Origin: Podarcis vaucheri | Lineage: Eukaryota | Assembly: GCA_965113315.1 (NCBI GenBank) | Contig: OZ220370.1 | Strand: one strand, 5' to 3' | DNA length: 64,000 nt | Shown: in pieces, positions 50,147 to 62,889 of the stretch | Layout of the letters: each line of letters begins with the position of its first letter | Position numbering within the stretch: position 1 is the stretch's first letter | Notes under the pieces: generated by a model | The model's database searches: none | What the model was told of the DNA's origin: nothing | What the model saw: only the letters and a program-made list of their open reading frames with translations | Program-made: the position numbers and the translations under genes

Positions 50147-50400
50147 GGAGAGCCAGTATGGTGTAGTGGTTAAGAGCGGTAGTCTCGTAATCTGGTGAAC
50201 CGGGTTCTCGTCTCCGCTCCTCCACATGTAGCTGCTAGGTGACCTTGGGCCAGTCACACTTCTCTGAAGTCTCTCAGCCCCACTTACCTCACAGAGTGTT
50301 TGTTGTGGGGGAAGAAGGGAAAGGAGAATGTTAGCCGCTCTGAGACTCCTTCAGGTAGTGATAAAGCGGGATATCAAATCCAAACTCTTCTTCTTCTTCT
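50147..50400 (+). mobile_element. Squam3-like tRNA-derived SINE
   Basis: Head TGGTGTAGTGGTTAAGAGC...CCGGGTTC and a (CTT)n tail. Confidence 0.88.
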
Positions 50401-51494
50401 ACAAGGAATTCCACTTGACAGCTGAACTTTCCCTCTTCTTCTCACCTCCGCACACACACTGCACCTTCTCTAATTCTGCTCCAAAGAGTTATAGAAACCC
50501 CTAAAACTGGTTTAGGGAGTGTGAGGGGTCAAGGAGAGGGGGAGGGGGTGTTCCATTGCGCAAGCAGAATTTCTTGAGCCAATGTAGCAGGATACTTAAT
50601 GTGACTTTGAATTCCACCCTTAATTTTTAGCACTTGGCATAAAGAATAGGTGGCTGAAGAAACCCAAGAAACAGAGGGTATAACAAGCTGCATGTGTGCA
50701 TATGTGTTTGAGAGACACAGTGTCTTATACCCTTAAATACAAATGACAGTCACAGATTGTATTCACATGTAATGCTTAATCCAGACAGTGGCTTACCATG
50801 AAGATGCAGGTTCCCAGGGAGGAAATGACAGCTGGTTTGTTCCTCCTCCCTGCTCCTTTTAGTTCAGTTATATGGTACAGCCAAGGTTTGGGTAGCATGT
50901 TGTCTGAACCCTGGATTATAGATATGTTTTGTTCTCCTTCATCACAATCTGCAACCAAGGTAGATTCTTCAGCCAAATTCTTTATGCGGCAAAAAATTAT
51001 GAAGCTCTATTTGAGGAGCAAAAGAACTTGCGGTGACCCTTGAGATGTCAAGCTGTTTGCTGTTGGGCAGGGTTGTTTCGTTGGCAGCTGACAGTTTGGA
51101 TGTAGCCCCAAAAGCAATTTGAGCTGGCCCCTGGTGTCCCTACCAAATTAAATCAAGCTTTGGTTGAGGTTGCTTCACCTGTAAGGAAAATGAAAAAAAG
51201 GCTTGCAACTGAAAGGAATGTCACACTTTCATGTTATACTTTTGTAATTCGTCATACTCTACCTATGCCTGGGCACATGCAGAGGTGAATTTAGGGGAGC
51301 GCAAACGGTTTGTCTGCACTGGGCACCTAGCCAAGAGGGCAGCACGGGGTACCGCAACAGTGACTTAGAACAGAGCACAAGAGTGCCAAATTTTGGCATC
51401 GTACAGGGTGCTGCTGAAATTTGAAAGTCCAAAGTCCACCATTGACACATGGTCCTTGATTATTATACCTCACTGTAAAAAGAAGTTGGCAGTG

Positions 51495-52081
51495 TTTTTT
51501 TTTTCCCCAAATTCTTTTTATTTTTATTCCATACAAACCAGACACACACAAAAAATCAACAAAACACAAACATATAAAGAAAAAGACAAAAAGTCTCAAT
51601 CACAACAAAAAAGCGCACAAAGTTCTTATTTCCATAGTTTTTTCATAACATATTTCTTTCTTTTGGGACTTCCTTCAGCCTGGCCGCAAATCATACGGAG
51701 TAAATAAGTAAAGTCACACGTTTCATCCTTTATATTGTCATTATGTCCAATTTTGTTCTCTATTTTCCTTATACAATAACCTTAGTCTATCACAGTACAT
51801 CTCTAAACCCCCTTAACGTTATTTGTCCATCACTGATGTTTTCCAGATAGTTTGCATATTTTCCCCAGTCCCTGATAAACACTTGATCTTTTATATATCT
51901 GATCTTTCCCGTTAATTTGTCTAACTCTGCATATTCAGTTAGTTTACATCTCCACTCCTCTACTGTTGGAGTTTCTTCCTGTTTCCATCTTTGAGCTATT
52001 AAGATCCTTGCTGCCGTAGCCGCATAGTATACCATTTTGCAATCCTCCTTTCTTATCTCTCGTTGTAGTATTCCTAATAGG
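51495..52081 (-). mobile_element. 5'-truncated L1 (587 bp) with TSD
   Basis: TSD AAAGAAGTTGGCAGTG (51479-51494 and 52082-52097), a poly-T run, and the ORF2 C-terminus AATAARILIAQRWKQEETPTVEEW. Confidence 0.9.
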
Positions 52082-52893
52082 AAAGAAGTTGGCAGTGTTT
52101 TTTATGGACCATGTAAGGAGATCAGTTTGTGGGCAAAATAGATTCCCAGCTGCCTGTATACTCTTTTGAGAATATGGCACTTCCTTAGAATATTGAAGTT
52201 GTGTGGCCTAAGACACTGAATTACTGAGTGCCGATTGTGCATTTAGCATGGACATAGAAGCAGTGTATAAAACTTGAAGCTGTGCTACACAGATGCTGTG
52301 GTGCACAAAGTTTTAAAAAAATATATATATAAAAGAATTGTCACAGCTACATTAATTTTTTTAAAATGGAAGTATTAATGAAACAGTATATAATAACCTA
52401 AAAACACCATAGGCCCTTTATCATGTACTGACATTTTGTTTGCATTTAGGGGGTTAAATGTATAAATGCATTGGAACTGTTTTTTTTTTTTTTTCATTGT
52501 AGTGCATATCCCACACATTTCAGATTTTGCAGGGTTTCTGCACAAGGACTAAAACTGTTTATGGTAAAAATAATAAGTAGTAGCTCTATGGATCATTTAG
52601 CTGTTATTATATCATTCAACTTGTTTTAGTTTGAATTGCATTTTTTATTTTATCGAACCCATTCTGAGCACTTTGAAAAGCTCTCCTGGAATGTTTAAAG
52701 TAAACAAAATGCAATAAATTTCTGTGTGAGGTTCTGCAATTGTGGTAATTGCTGAATAAATAGAATCCTCCCTATTCTGCAAGAGCTTTGTGAAACTGGC
52801 AGCAACAGTACTGGTACAGAGAAGTTGTAAGCAGTTGTTTGACTGGCTACATAGACTAAATTTGTACACTCATCTGTATACTCATTTTTACAG

Positions 52894-53066
52894 TATCGAC
52901 CAGGGCGGGACCCTCAACGAGGCTCTGACAATGTTTCTAACAAGTCTTCAGACAGCGATGTAAGCGACGTGTCGGCTGTATCGAGGACCAGTAGCGCTTC
53001 CCGCTTCAGCAGCACTAGCTATATGTCTGTACAGTCAGAAAGACCAAGAGGGAACAAGAAAATTAG
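52894..53066 (+). CDS. RIMS2: RIMS2 exon YRPGRDPQRGSDNVSNKSSDSDVSDVSAVSRTSSASRFSSTSYMSVQSERPRGNKKI; phase 0 to 2
   Basis: Acceptor CATTTTTACAG and donor AG|GTAAGA flank an open, CpG-rich frame. It carries the RIM-family SSDSDVSDVSAVSRTSSASRFSSTSYMSVQSERP motif, and its phase matches the upstream exon. Confidence 0.95.
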
Positions 53067-53096
53067 GTAAGAAACTGTAAAGTTGACCACTTCCAA

Positions 53097-53301
53097 CAGA
53101 GCTTTCCAAACTGTGTGTTGCGACACATTAGAGTGTTGACTGCAGTGTGTGGGTGTGTCGCACAAACACTCCCTTTGCTCCTCCTGGGGCTGGAAAGGGG
53201 TTAGTTTAGCCTCCAGTTTGCTAGTAAGACTGAATTGCTGTGTCGGGAAATGATGCATGTCCAAAAGTGTGTTGCGAACATGAAAAGTTTGGAAAGCTCT
53301 G
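53097..53301. mobile_element. hAT-type MITE
   Basis: Perfect 15-bp TIR CAGAGCTTTCCAAAC / GTTTGGAAAGCTCTG and an 8-bp TSD ACTT(C/A)CAA. Confidence 0.9.
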
Positions 53302-54733
53302 ACTTACAAGGTTGTATTTTTGAACAGCAGATCAGCTTTCCACCGATTCCACTTGGTTCAAGTAACACAGTTCCCAAAAGATTTTTTAAAATCTTATGCT
53401 AGTTTTCTGCGACAGTGGAGTGTTTTCCTGGATTGAAAATGAACCTATTATTGACAATTCAAGCCAGTATTTAAAGTCAGTTATTGTACTTTACAGATAT
53501 TAGAAATTCATTTATACATCTTAGTAGCTGCATTTGATAAGTCTACGTCATGGAGCTATAGAAACAACCTACTGTAGATCTAGTACATTAATGACCTTAC
53601 TATGGGATGTGGTGAGGAAAACATGAAATGTTTGCATGTTCATGGCATGCCTACAGCATAATGTGATATATAGCCTCCTCTGTCAAAAAAGGAAGATTAC
53701 ACAAACATGCGCAGCTGATCACAAGTGTTCACATTCCTCCAAACCAACTAAGGAGCTATGAACCGTAGGTCTGTAGTTTAGACATTGGCCCATGGGTGGC
53801 CAACTCCACAATTAAAGAGACTATTGGAATTGCCATAAAAGGCTTGTGTGCTTTAAAATGTATTTTAAAAAAAGTAACAGGGAAAAGGAAGTAAGGGGTT
53901 TCAAAAAAATTTCAGGATTTTTTTCAGGATTGCACAGAACAGCCAAGACAGAGGCCATTTTTAATCCTCCCTTTCATGACTAGAGTAGCTTTAGCATTTC
54001 ATAACCCTTCAAATCTCTTTGCATCTTTTGATTAATCACACCCATTTATATGATTCTCCCCTGCCCTTAAATATGTGTTATATATACCCCTGTATATATA
54101 ACACATCTTTAACTATTCTGCAAAGGATTGACTGATGATAACGACTGACTGTATGATCAATTCATACAGTTATCCAAATTGCCAAGGCAGTTTCCCATTA
54201 GCTAGTAATCAGAAATTTGAACTATATCTGTGCTGCTTCTCCTTTGCTGACCCGGGAGGAAATTAAGTACTGTGCTGGCTTAGTGATATGTGCAAACGAG
54301 TTTTTGTGTTTTGTATCTTTTTTCAACAAGTCATGAGAGGAAGCCAAGAACAAGGCTTGAAACTGTGACTTGTTATAACATGTAAAGTGGCCCATTGTTA
54401 TAATAGCTAGACATAGGCAGTCCAAAGGATGAGTTGCTTGTGTGCTGCTGACAAACAAGCAGTCTCTCGTGAGAAGGAAAGATTAGCAGTAGCAGCCAGG
54501 AAAGTTGACTCAGCACTCCATCAGTAACCTTCAAGCAACCCCAGGGGCAGTGGACTAGAAACAAGTGACTGCCTCTTAGCAGAATCTAGCACAGAATGGA
54601 TGCTGGGTTGTGAAAATTTCATTTCCACTTCTCATACTTACATTGACTTTCAGAATGACAAGCTGGAATGGGTGCATGTACGCTTGCAGAATGCAAGCTG
54701 AATTTCCATGCATAAATGTGCACATATATGTGC

Positions 54734-54734
<1 letters not shown>

Positions 54735-54770
<36 letters not shown>
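54735..54770. repeat. (AC)n microsatellite
   Basis: Direct reading of the sequence. Confidence 0.95.
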
Positions 54771-54772
<2 letters not shown>

Positions 54773-55011
54773 TTAACTGCTAGGAAACTACCCATACTAA
54801 TTTTAAAAGAACTAATTTTGAGTATTGTTTATTTTCATTTAGCTTATTGCACAATATATCTGCCCTTTAGTTACTCCTAGAAAAACTGACTATACCTTTA
54901 TCATTACCTAGACTATGCCAAGTAATTAACCAGCATGTTTTTTTTGTCATCGTGGCATAATTCCATTTGTTGTATGATTTGTCAATTCATTTTCTTTTGC
55001 CCCTTAGTGAA

Positions 55012-55076
55012 TGCATGTTTCGCTTCTGTCCACTCGTCCTAACAAGCTTCTGTCTTCTTTTTTGTTTATTTGCATG
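55012..55076 (+). promoter_or_regulatory. Two TGCATG RBFOX-type splicing elements upstream of the acidic exon
   Basis: TGCATG occurs at 55012-55017 and 55071-55076, within 100 nt of the acceptor. A further GCATG lies near 54933. Confidence 0.55.
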
Positions 55077-55104
55077 CTTCCTCAATTTTCGTTAACTTTG
55101 GAAG

Positions 55105-55350
55105 ATCAAGTGAGGAAAGAAAAGAGGGAGGGGAGGGGGAGATATTCCCTGAGGAAGATGAGGAGAATCAGGATCTTGAGAAAAAGGAGGATGAAAAAGG
55201 GGAAGGGGAAGAGGTGACAGAGAACTGTGATAAGGAGGAGAACAAAGAAGCAGAAGAGAATGAAGGGACCCAAGATGAGCAAACTGAGAAAGGGACAGAA
55301 ACAAAAAATAAAGAGGATTTGCAAAGGCGATACTCACAAGATGATCTCAG
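55105..55350 (+). CDS. RIMS2: Candidate RIMS2 Glu/Lys-rich cassette exon (82 codons, phase 2-2)
   Basis: A long upstream pyrimidine tract leads to acceptor GGAAG|ATCAAG. The open, purine-rich frame reads SSEERKEGGEGEIFPEEDEE...QRRYSQDDL and ends at donor CAG|GTAAAA. The length is 246 nt and the frame continues the exon ending at 53066. Confidence 0.72.
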
Positions 55351-55577
55351 GTAAAACAGATCCCCGTAACATTGCTTCCCTCATGACTTGACCCTATTCC
55401 TTGCTTGCCCTCCATCACTCACAGTAGCTTGTTGTTTATACTCCCTTTGTCCTGCAATTATTTTTAATTTCAGCCATAATGTTTTAATAGTTGAGTTTAG
55501 TGGACTGCTTTTGCAAACAAAATTATGAATTATAGCCACGTATAGCTTGCTGTATAGCCTACCAGTTCTGAACTAGT

Positions 55578-55635
55578 CATCCTTGGTTCAAATCAAGCAT
55601 CCTTGGTTCAAATCACCATCCTTGGTTCAAATCAG
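55578..55635. repeat. Three tandem copies of CATCCTTGGTTCAAATCA(AG/C/G)
   Basis: Direct reading; units are 19-20 bp. Confidence 0.9.
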
Positions 55636-57927
55636 CCACTCATGAAAGTAATTTTCAGCCAACTCCAGAGCTTTCTTAAACTCTGCTGTCAACAGAATAC
55701 AGTATATATTCACCCTAACAATGGGTGGTTTGATCTTCACACACAGCAACACCATGAATGAGTGCAATGTGTTCCTCTTCCAGGGGCTTTTTAGTGCCCT
55801 CCATAATGGCTGGTATTTCATTAGTAGGGACAATAATACTTGATTGTTTCAAGAATTCACTACTGAATGGTGCATGCGGAGTCTTGAACTAGTTTGGGTA
55901 ACGTGCTATAGAAAATGCTGAGTACTATTATTAGTACTACAGTACTGAGGACAGGGATGTTACAGAAGTTTTTCATGTTCCAAACATTAACTACTTTAGA
56001 TAATTCTTTTCCGGTGACATCACTACAAAGGAATATGTGCTTTGCCTAATATGTAAGAGAAGGGAACTATTGATCTTGCTCATCTGTATAGTAATCGTAT
56101 TTGCGATACATAAGTAGATCTTAAAGTGCCTTTTCATTCCTGTAAGTTACTTCTATGTCACTCTGCTGTGTATAATACATCCCATTGATTTTTATAGAGC
56201 TATCACCCAGTGAGAAGTGTATGTGAACTCTGAGTACACTGCAGAAGGCTGAAATCATTCATTTTTAAATTACATTGGTGGTTTCTTGGTGTGTAAGTGG
56301 ACAGTGCTGCATTTTTACAATATAGTTTCTGATGGTGTGAGTTTAAAGTACAAACTGGAGGGGAGTTCTCTCCCCCTCCTCACCTATCCCTACTACGCTT
56401 CCTTGTTTCCAGAAGCTGCATGTAAAGCCTTCCCCACTTCCCAAAACAAACTCCTTTCCTTCCCCTTGTAAAAGCAGATAGGCATGGCAGCAACGAAAAG
56501 GGGGGTTTTCCACTCTCTCCCTCTGAAGCTCTAGTGCACTAATTAGCAGCACACAATGGGAGCCCAAGGGGGGATGTTGTTCCCCCATCATTGCGGATAG
56601 AACAACCTTCAGTAAAACTACAACACCCATGGGCCATGGGTTCCATTGCTCTAGTGTGCTGCTAATGACTGCACAGGGCACTGGAGAGGGAAGGCAGGAG
56701 GGGGGACTCTCTCCCTCTCAGCTGTTTGCATCACTGCAGTCATCTGCTTTTACAAGGGAAGGGAAGGGGGGAGTAAGGGTCAGGGCTCAAGGACTGGTGA
56801 AGTGGGCTTCTAGGGATAGCCAGGGCCAGTATGGATGGGAAGTCCTTTCCTCGCCAGCTAGGAAAAAGACTCCCTTGGAGAGTCCTTCTCAAGAGATTTG
56901 AGTGGAAGGTTTGAAGAGGCCCTGCTTTCCCATCCTTGGCATGTGGCAGTATCCAACCCCCCACCTTCGTGGTTTGAGGCATATCAGTGTGTCATTTTGC
57001 CTGAACTGTTAAACCACGGTTGCACTTGCTCTGCAAACAGGGAGTGAAAGCTAGGGTTTGATCCAGAGCTCAAATTATGGGGAAATGTACAAGCCCTTTC
57101 TGAAATCGAAAAGCCCCAAGCCCTGATTTCCCCCTGCCACTGAGACTAGTGAAGAGACTACAGCCATGGACAGGTAATCACCATAAGAACAAAGCAAGTT
57201 TTGCTTTTTTTTGTTTTTTAAAAGTTAGATTTTATCTTAAGCTAAAATGAAAATCAGTCTTCGGGTTAGAGAAGCCTTTTCACCTATTTAAAGTGTTTGT
57301 ACTGTTTCTTCAATGAACACTTCAATGAGTCAAGTCGTGGCAGCAAAGTAATTCGTAGCATTTATGCTTTAGGAATTCTACTTCCTACGCTGATTATTTT
57401 TTGTTTCTAAGTCATAATTATTCCATTAAATTGGACATCTTTACATCCCACTGTCATCTCTTTATTCTTATCTGTGTTCTTCTACTTTGCCGTCACAAGC
57501 ATTTTATAGCTGACATTTTCCTTGATTCAGAATATTTTTTTTTACTCCCACGCCATGCTGAGCTAAGCAAGGTTTTAGTGTGTCTTCCAAACCTGGGCTC
57601 AGGTTAGTGAGGAGCCTGGATTCTGGCAATGACAAGCTTAGCCAAACCTTGGCATGGCTTAGCTTAGCTTAGTACAAAGACATAGGGGTACAAAACTGGG
57701 GAGGAGCAAAATGCCTACAGCCTCCTCTCAAATGTTTGTGTGGTCCTGGTCCTGGTAAGGTATGGTTTGGCTTGCCATGACACGTGAACCAGACCTGTTC
57801 AATACAGTCTGCCTGACAAGTACCTTTTGAAAATAATTTACATACATAAAATATTTCATAGGTCCAATTCTTCACAAAGTTTCTATTAAAAACTCCCTAA
57901 AGTTAGGGGATAACTATATATTAAACA

Positions 57928-58284
57928 GGGGACACGGGTAGCTCTGTGGGTTAAACCACAGAGCCTAGGACTTGCCGATCAGAAAGTCAGTGGTTCAGAT
58001 GCCCGCGACGGGGTGAGCTCCCATTGCTCAGTCCCTGCTCCTGCCAACCTAGCAGTTCGAAAGCACGTCAAAGTGCAAGTAGATAAATAGGTACCACTCC
58101 AGCGGGAAGGTAAACTGTGTTTCTGTGCACTTCTCTGGTTTGCCAGAAGCAGCTTAGTCATGCTGGCCACATGACCCGGAAGCTATACGCCGGCTCCCTC
58201 GTCCAATAAAGCGAGATGAGCGGCGCAACCCCAGAGTCGGCCATGACTGGACCTAATGGTCAGGGGTCCCTTTACCTTTACCTT
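57928..58284 (+). mobile_element. Sauria SINE
   Basis: Same family as 30966, with TSD TATA(T/C)ATTAAACA. Confidence 0.92.
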
Positions 58285-60699
58285 TATACATTAAACACAA
58301 ATAATAGAGATCTAATGCCATTTTTAAAAGGGTAAAATTGAAACGCAGAAGTGGCGTAAGGGAGAACCGGTGTGTTGTGCCCCTACCTGCCACTGCTCCT
58401 ATCCCCCTGCTGCACCAAAGAAGAAGCTAGGTTGTTTAGTCACAGCTGCTGTCACTCATCTGAACATGACAGCGGACTGCGGACATAGCTAGAAGAGGAA
58501 GCTGTAGCATTGGATTCAGAAACTGCTGATAAACTGGAACCTTAGGGACAGTGGATGCTGCATGAGAGGGGAGAAAAGAAATAGGAGAGTTTCAAAAAAG
58601 TAGAGAGAAGGAGTTGTGAGCTTAGACACTGTAGGTTTGAGTCTAGAAAGAAGAGCACCAGTCCAACATAACAGATATGGAAGATCTGAGATAACTCAAG
58701 GATCAGGGTGAAGAAAGCCATTGGCTTCTCTACCTTTTCTATAATACTGAATAAGGAATATGTGGCCTTCCAAAGGTTGTTGGACTCCATCAACCCCAGC
58801 TAGCATCACCAGTGATCAGGGATGATATGAGTTGTCATTCAGCAACATCTTTGAAACTGCAGCTTCCCTACCCCTGCTCTGTAACAAATACCTTCTAGCA
58901 AAAAGTGAGTCAGAAGGGATATTAAACTACCTCTTGTCCCAGCAGGGCTTATAAAATGCTTCAACCGTTTCCTATCCTGCTGCTTCTCTGCTCCAGATCA
59001 TTCCTCCTGAGCTGCTTTTTCTCCCGCAGGTTTCAAAAAGTGGGAAGAAGTAGTTTGAGAGAGTGATTTGGAGTACAGAAATGGCAGGTAAGAAACGCTC
59101 TGCCAAATTCTGGCCTCCCAAAGCTCTTTCTGTCTTGGTAGTGACAAACTGTGTACACATGTTTGCATATAGCTAGGCCCAGTTATTTGTGGTTTATGTA
59201 TAAGGTGAATGGCAAAGCTACATGTTCCATGAGGGGGTTGGGGCTTTCCCCATCTCTCAGCACACTGAGAGAGGACATTATACATCCTTTCCCCTCCAGG
59301 CATAAAAACTGATTAGGGTGGTGGAGGACTTTTAGTTGAAAATAGATATGGTTAAGGAGCCATTCTCACCCTGTACTTGCTTAAAGTTGCAATGGCTGAA
59401 GTATATATATATATTAAATCTGAAAACAAAGAATGATGGAAATTGCACACTCATAAAAATCAGTATAGTGCATACCAGTTTTCTTCCATGATTCCCCCCC
59501 CAAAAAAAATTAAAATCATACATGTTAACATTATGAAAAATAATACAAAATTATTCTAGGGCTAGGTTAATTGGCAATTACTTTATTTGTATAGGAAAAA
59601 TCAAATATAGTTTAATTTGTAGTGTTGTATCTTAATTTAGCTCACCCAAGGTATTCCTGGGTATTATAAAATCTAGCCATCCTGTAATGTTATTTCCATA
59701 CTCATTATCACTCTTCTTCTCCATAACAGAATTTATATTAGATGTTCCTTAACTTCTGGTGTGGTTGCTAATTAGAGAAATCTTCTCCTCAGCAAGCTTT
59801 TAATTTATTGAATAAAACTGGTCAACCATGTCTCTTCTTACCCTACAGCTGTGTCATGATTTTTCTTTATCTTGGATATTTTTGACAATTCATTGCCTCC
59901 AATGTGAATCACTGTGAAAATAGCTTTTTCTATATTATTTATCTCATTTTTATGACATGATTAAAAATTCTCCTTTTTGCAGTTTGCTTTCAGGGTCATG
60001 TTGGATTTAGAACACAGCTGAATGCCTTACTTCCATTTCTTGATTTTAATATTTATTACTAGCTTTAAGCAGGGTTGTATTCTTCTTTCTCCTGATTCTG
60101 AAAATCACTTAGGGGTGAACATAAATTCAATTGGAGTTGAACTCATGATTAAAGTTATCTAACTCAATTACATATCCCTAAGCACATAATTTTAGTCACT
60201 CTTCTAAAGCATGGGTGGCTTTTTGTTTCATTTTTTGTTTTGCAGAGTAGTACCGCCTGTAAAAGGCTAATTAATGGCAGCAACATTGTCATTGACACTC
60301 CATTAAAAATGTGGATGTTTATTTGACAAGCTGAGCCAGAAAGACTGCTCACTTTACGGCTTGAATGATTTACTGCCTGATAAGTTGTTCAGCCTCTCAG
60401 GTCATTTACTTGGTATTTTCAGATTTAACTGAGACGTTATTTTCAGTTTAATTTGAGACCTGGCCTTTATCTGGGAGGAAGCTCCCTGGTTATCAGGCTG
60501 TAAGTGCAGTAGGGCTATAGCTAAATAACCACTGTAGCACTTCTGGATACTAACTGATTAGGTTAGATGTCACCTATGTTAGGTCTGATTTTAAGGTCTC
60601 AAAACTTTGGGTCCTTGTTTGCGTTAAGGTTCTTATTACCTAATTCTTATTATAAATTCTAGTCCTTATTCTGACACAATGCCAGCTAAGCACAGATGA

Positions 60700-61080
60700 A
60701 TGAGCAATTGTACAGGTTCCAGGAGAAGTGATCACACTTGCTTTGTTCCTCCCTGGTTGTTCTGCACTAAGTTAAGCCATGGCTTGGGTTAGTATGTCGT
60801 CCAAACCAGGGCTCATGGTTTAACTCTCCCAGACAATCCACAAGCTGTAAACTGTAGGACAAACCATGGTTGCAGCTTGCGGTTTGCTTGGACAGAACTA
60901 AACTATGAGCTGTGGTTCAGATGGCACACTAAGCCAAACCATGGCTTAGCTCAGTGCAGCATAGCAGCAGAATGACCAGAGGAGGAACAAAGTGGTCACA
61001 GTCTCTCATCCAGCAGCCCAAATGCTTGCCTGTTCACACTAAGTCATGGTTTGGCTTAGCATTTTGTATGAACCAGGCCT
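60700..61080. mobile_element. Long imperfect palindromic (foldback) MITE-like repeat
   Basis: Arms CTTTGTTCCTCC..GGTTGTTCTGC / GCAGAATGACC..GGAGGAACAAAG and repeated AAGCCATGG/CCATGGCTT motifs. Related pieces lie near 25840-26100 and 57550-57800. Confidence 0.6.
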
Positions 61081-61110
61081 TAGTTTGCATAAATGTATGA
61101 CACAATGGAA

Positions 61111-61460
61111 GGGACGCGGGTGGCACTGTGGGTTAAACCACAGAGCCTAGAACTTGCCGATCAGAAGGTCAGCGGTCCGAATCCCCGCGATGGGGTGAGC
61201 TCCCATTGCTCGGTCCCTGCTCCTGCCAACCTAGCAGTTCGAAAGCACCTCAAAGTGCAAGTAGATAAATAGGTACCGCTCCAGCGGGAAGGTAAATGGC
61301 GTTTCCGTGCGCTGCTCTTGTTCACCAGAAGCAGCTTAGTCATGCTGGCCACATGACCCGTAAGCTGTACGCCAGCTGCCTCGGCCAATAAAGCGAGATG
61401 AGCACCGTAACCCCAGAGTCGGTCACGACTGGACCTAATGGTCAGGGGCCCCTTTACCTT
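61111..61460 (+). mobile_element. Sauria SINE
   Basis: Same family as 30966, with TSD TAT(G/A)ACACA(A/C)TGGAA. Confidence 0.92.
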
Positions 61461-62889
61461 TATAACACACTGGAATCCAAACTACATTTCTAAGATGAGG
61501 AAATGTGTTTTTCAGGTAATAATAGCATTATTTTGAGCCAGGGTTTGTCAAATGTTCTACTAAGCCAGGCTTTGCAGGCAGAGAGCCCTGGTTCAGTCCC
61601 CAGCAGGTATTTGAAACGGAGAGTGTCTTTTGTGGGATCTGTGTTGTTTACTCATGCAAGGCCTTTTTTGACAACACTGCTGTCAAAATGCTATTCTGTA
61701 TTCACCCTGCCCCATTTCATTAGGATAATTTATCTTCCCATAGAAAATCTGAGAAGTTGAATCAAGTTGTTGCCAACAACATTTGAAGGACGCATTTGCA
61801 GTATGAAGAATAGGCCACTGTGGTCTGGTAGGAGGTAGTTAGGTAGATCTCTGGTTTGCAGTAGCTCAGCAAAAGTTTCTGACACCCAGTTATTTTTATA
61901 GTAACAACAACAAAAAGGCTCCCTCTTCCTCCAGACTAAGACTTCTGAAAAGAAGCGAGGTTGGGGGGAAACCAGGACTGGATTTTTCTGTGACTTGACT
62001 GTGATCTTATTTTCAATACATAACACTAATTCCTGGTTCAGAGACACACTATTCCTTAATTCTGAGGATGTGTCTGCCCCTGTCCTCAGGCTAATATTTT
62101 GACTGCCTCTGATTGGTGGCCCTTTGGGGTTTTAGTGAAAAACAAAGTAGCTCTCATAAGCCTAAAGTCTCCCACACCTGGTGGCTGAGCTAGAACACTA
62201 CATTACTGAGCTTGATGGACCAGTGGTCCCAATCAGTATATGACAGCTTCCTGGTTTCTAACTAGATCAGAGGGGAATATTATATAGACTGCAGATGGGA
62301 CTCACATGCATATAGAAACATTCCCTGCACATACAAAATAAATGTGTCAGGGGAGAGGCTAGACTAGAACTTTTCTCCCAGGCATTAAGTTGTCTTTGAA
62401 GGAGAAAATATTTTATATGTAGGACTATTCAATCATATGAGTCCATAACCGCAGTCTTTGTTCAGGTCAGACACAGGTTTGTCACCTCCATGAGAAATAA
62501 AGCCTATTAATCTGATCAGTTTTTATCCAAGGGAGGGCTTAAGATTTTTATAGTTTAAAAACTGACACTGTCCCTTTCCTTTGATACCAATAGGCCAATG
62601 AAAACACATACAGTATACTGGGTGGAAAAGTAGCTTCTGCTGCATAATTGTTCTGAACATGCCATTATCATTCACATTGTTTGACTAATCAATGAAAGAA
62701 ATGCTTCTCTGACTAGGAGATAGGGCTTGTGTTAAAACCTCTATTAAGAAATCTTCAGAGGTCTGTTCATTTGATGAGTCATAACTCAGATTAAAATTTA
62801 TTTCCATAGCAACTAAAAATCATTCGTTCTTTCCCTAGAAACCACCAGAGCACATCAGTGCATTAATATATGCATTCCCTGTTTTTCTT

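Noticed and set aside
50147-50225. tRNA-like sequences here and at 4585, 9778 and the Sauria SINE heads
   Set aside because: They are SINE heads continuing into SINE bodies and tails, with no complete cloverleaf.
55070-55354. 94-aa ORF as a stand-alone gene
   Set aside because: The ATG lies in the pyrimidine tract (part of TGCATG) and the stop lies in the donor site. It is better explained as an internal exon.
55578-55635. Short direct repeats resembling a CRISPR array
   Set aside because: There are no spacers and no cas genes in a vertebrate intron; it is a simple tandem triplication.
57360-57560. Pyrimidine/YCAY-rich block with possible acceptors, considered as the next RIMS2 exon (VFTSKMQ)
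   Set aside because: No frame matches RIM2 and there is no convincing donor. The next exon appears to lie beyond the window.
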